Assembly (NCBI GenBank): GCA_001029795.1
Contig: CP011216.1
Coordinates: forward strand, 279,128-343,127
Direction: 5' to 3'
DNA: 64,000 bases
From: a candidate division Kazan bacterium GW2011_GWA1_50_15
GTDB lineage: Bacteria; Patescibacteriota; Kazan-3B-28
How positions within the stretch are numbered: position 1 is the first letter of the stretch; every line of letters starts with the position of its first letter. A program made the translations under genes and the position numbers. This document shows, one piece after another, positions 61,295-64,000 of this stretch. The notes beneath the pieces were generated by a model that was not told the DNA's origin, ran no database searches, and saw only the letters and a list, made by a program, of their open reading frames with translations.

Positions 61295-62769
61295 CGCTTC
61301 CGTTGGCGCTTATTGGATTTGGGCGGGATTTTAATTTGCTGGCCCGGCCGCAACTTATACGGCGGCTTAATTCTGTTGTATTCGGCCAGCGCGGTCATCG
61401 GCACACCGGCAAAATCAGCTACATCCCCTAAAGTGTCTCCAGTTTCAGCGATTAATACCGTGGGCTTAGCTGAACCCCCGGAACGACCGGGTTTGCCTAG
61501 TGTATCCACCATCGCATGGGATGTGCGCCGACGGAAGAGGTGCCCAACAATACTCAACGCAAATTCCTTATCCGAGAACATCTCCCGCTGTTTGACGGTC
61601 CATTCGGCCCCGCGATGATATCCAATCGGCACCAACAGTACATCCCCAGTTTTAAGTTCGTAAGGCCATTTCAGCAGATTGAACTTAGCCAATACCCGCG
61701 CATCCACTCCCAATTTGTTAGCCACCTTCATCAAGGTATCGCCGCTGACCACTTTGTACATCTCGGTCTTCACCCGCAAGCGCCGCATAATAATGGTGTA
61801 CAGCCACACCGATCGGATAAGATAGAGCACCAGTACGACCAGCAGAATGGTCATCAGCTCGCGCCACGGCCAGAGCCAGAAAATGTAGGTTTGCTTAATA
61901 ATCTCATCCGGCAACATTGTCTTGGTGCCGTCTTTGTTAAACTGCTCCTTCTCGCCCGTGTGGATGTCGAACTCAGCTTTGAATCTCCCAAAATAAGCTG
62001 CCCGCTTCATCCATTTTACATCCACATTCTTGGTCTCACCGCGGGAGACGGCGGTGGTCTGAACGGCCTCTTGTTTACCGACACTACCAAATATCCCCCG
62101 TATGGTGGTATCAATGATTGGAGCGATGGCTACGTTGCCATGGTTAGAGACATTAAAGGTAAGGAATAGCGCTCGCCGATTGCCGTAGTCAATCCGGTGA
62201 GTGATTTTATTGATCTGCAGATCGCGATTGATCTCACCCGGCACATTTACTACTAGCATTGCACCGATATGCACTCGCACCTTTACTCCTCCACCCTTGG
62301 TCTCGCTCGGCGGGGACTTTTCTTGGATGAAGATACCGCCGACATGCTCCCCTACATTGGCAGTTGATGGAATTTTTAAAGTCAGCCCGATCTGAACCGC
62401 GCTATGGGGGGCTAGGGACACTTCACTACGGTCCAACTCTAGCCAATAGCCCGGCTCGGGTTTTTCTGGCGTGTCGGCTCCGGCTTTGACAATATTATCT
62501 TCCTCATCAACCGTATAGCCGGACGGGAAGATCAGGACGGTGGCGGCCTCGTCTTTATTGTTATTAATGATCATCTGGTCTCGCACCTCGGTGCCTTCAG
62601 CCGCGGTATAGATGAACCAACTTCTGGCCTTACCTTCTTTGTCTGGTACCGGAAAGATGGACAGCCCACCTACACCCAAAGCGTTGGCTGATGACGCACC
62701 CACAAACAGGCCCAAATTCAGGGCCAATAGCCACCAACCGAATTTCTGCTTCAATCGTAAACCGGCCAT
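61291..62769 (-). CDS. DUF916/WxL-interacting-like membrane protein with two C-terminal LysM domains
   Basis: Paralogue of the previous gene: SWFIYT, GEH.GGI, N.GNV, TM, YKVVSGDTL and ETGDTL. Confidence 0.8.
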   Translation of the reverse strand: MAGLRLKQKFGWWLLALNLGLFVGASSANALGVGGLSIFPVPDKEGKARSWFIYTAAEGTEVRDQMIINNNKDEAATVLIFPSGYTVDEEDNIVKAGADTPEKPEPGYWLELDRSEVSLAPHSAVQIGLTLKIPSTANVGEHVGGIFIQEKSPPSETKGGGVKVRVHIGAMLVVNVPGEINRDLQINKITHRIDYGNRRALFLTFNVSNHGNVAIAPIIDTTIRGIFGSVGKQEAVQTTAVSRGETKNVDVKWMKRAAYFGRFKAEFDIHTGEKEQFNKDGTKTMLPDEIIKQTYIFWLWPWRELMTILLVVLVLYLIRSVWLYTIIMRRLRVKTEMYKVVSGDTLMKVANKLGVDARVLAKFNLLKWPYELKTGDVLLVPIGYHRGAEWTVKQREMFSDKEFALSIVGHLFRRRTSHAMVDTLGKPGRSGGSAKPTVLIAETGDTLGDVADFAGVPMTALAEYNRIKPPYKLRPGQQIKIPPKSNKRQRKR

Positions 62770-62822
62770 GCGGACCAGATTATATTTTTACCTTTTCATT
62801 TTCAACTAATTAACCGCTATTT

Positions 62823-64000
62823 TCAAGATGATACTTTGCGCCAGACCACGGCCAGCGCGTCACTGTAGACCGCCTCCCAGCCACCACTGTCATTCAGATA
62901 TTTATTCAGCGGTCGCCCGCTGCCGGTGAAGACAGTATCAACCTGCCATTTTGCCAATGTCACCAATGAGGTTTCGGCGTCATTGATATTACTGATGTTT
63001 TTGAACTCATCAAAGATTTTAACTGTAGGTGTCGTCCAGATGGCCATGCGCCCGTCAATGAATACTTGCCTCTCCGGCAACTGCCAGACCAAATAGCCGC
63101 CCCAATTGTATTCGTTGTACATCCGCTCTCCTCCGGGATGCTCTTTCAGATACTGGACAGCGTCATAAGGGTAGCCGTAGGATCGGCCATACACCGCCGG
63201 ATCAAACATCACCGGCGAAAGTCGCGCCCACTGCCATGCCCCCACTCCACCGACCACCAGCACCAGTCCCAGTACCCCGACCGTGGTCTGGAGGAGCTTT
63301 GGCATACCGTGCCTGAGCACCCCGTCCAGTTGTTCGGCCAAAAGCGGCATCGCGGCGATCGCGAAAAGGGGCAGATGGCGCCAAGCGGTTGTACTGATAA
63401 AAAATACCGTAATGGCCAACACCAGCTTGGTCAGATCGAACTTCCAATGATTCGCCCATAGCAACCCCAGCAACAGAATAACTACTAGTACTACATTGTA
63501 ACTACCGACATTGGTCAAACTCAGCGGTAGCCATTCGGAGATATTGGCCAATACATCTTTGTCGGTGAAGGTCTGCCATAGCTCCAGATAGACCCGCCAG
63601 CCATTGGGGTTAAATAAAGTAGCTACCACACTCACGATCGCCACCCCGGCCAATTGCCACAGTTGGCGCCAATTGAGTAGTTCGACAGATAAACGGGTTG
63701 GCTTTTTACCCCGTAAGATGTGCCGCAGTACCTCTCCCGCCCAGAAAATTCCGATAATCAAAAAGCCGGCCGAGAATCCGCCGTGCAGGTTTGCCCATGC
63801 TGCAAAAATTAGCGGGAGCCAGTAAATTAATTTACTGACGGGTTGGCGGCGCCAAGTGAACAGAAGATAGAGTACCCCTACCAACCCCAACAAGGTGAAC
63901 ATTTGCGGCCGCACCCCCACCACGAACCACGACACCAAGAATCCAGCCAGTGCGACAATAATTCGAATTAGCGGCGAGGTCTTCACCACACCGGCCGCCA
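62823..64000 (-). CDS. Polytopic membrane protein, probable GT-C-type glycosyltransferase (start outside window)
   Basis: RPQMFT, WANLHGGF, NPNG, I.EW.P, YNEYNWGGYL.W, VFIDGR. Confidence 0.7.
   Translation of the reverse strand, partial: AAGVVKTSPLIRIIVALAGFLVSWFVVGVRPQMFTLLGLVGVLYLLFTWRRQPVSKLIYWLPLIFAAWANLHGGFSAGFLIIGIFWAGEVLRHILRGKKPTRLSVELLNWRQLWQLAGVAIVSVVATLFNPNGWRVYLELWQTFTDKDVLANISEWLPLSLTNVGSYNVVLVVILLLGLLWANHWKFDLTKLVLAITVFFISTTAWRHLPLFAIAAMPLLAEQLDGVLRHGMPKLLQTTVGVLGLVLVVGGVGAWQWARLSPVMFDPAVYGRSYGYPYDAVQYLKEHPGGERMYNEYNWGGYLVWQLPERQVFIDGRMAIWTTPTVKIFDEFKNISNINDAETSLVTLAKWQVDTVFTGSGRPLNKYLNDSGGWEAVYSDALAVVWRKVSS

Overview
Chromosomal segment of a Candidate Phyla Radiation (Patescibacteria)-type bacterium: there is no rpmD/L30 between rpsE and rplO, CPR-typical genes are present (DUF4012, PaaX/Cas2-like), and TGA is used as stop (code 11). 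About half the window is the minus-strand core block rpoB-rpoC-str-S10-spc-alpha-rplM-rpsI-secE-nusG-rpmG-tRNA-Trp. The rest holds small accessory genes (1-6.5 kb), lemA/htpX, a tRNA cluster, secG, infC-rpmI-rplT, an EPS glycosyltransferase cluster, an oversized RNase P RNA and a surface-protein region. Main findings: (1) a WxL/DUF916-like surface operon whose 1112-aa secreted protein has three tandem phage tail-fibre-like HxH modules and whose two partners carry LysM domains behind the transmembrane helix; (2) a ~87-nt structured repeat with compensatory base changes, found twice in ribosomal operons and once inside RNase P RNA; (3) a tRNA-Leu with the rare AAG anticodon; (4) an uncalled 23-aa Cys-rich peptide gene with its own RBS and terminator; (5) degenerate-active-site CdaA and DAGK homologues; (6) nested palindromic elements, one splitting a tRNA-Val remnant. 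All calls are by eye; no database searches were run.
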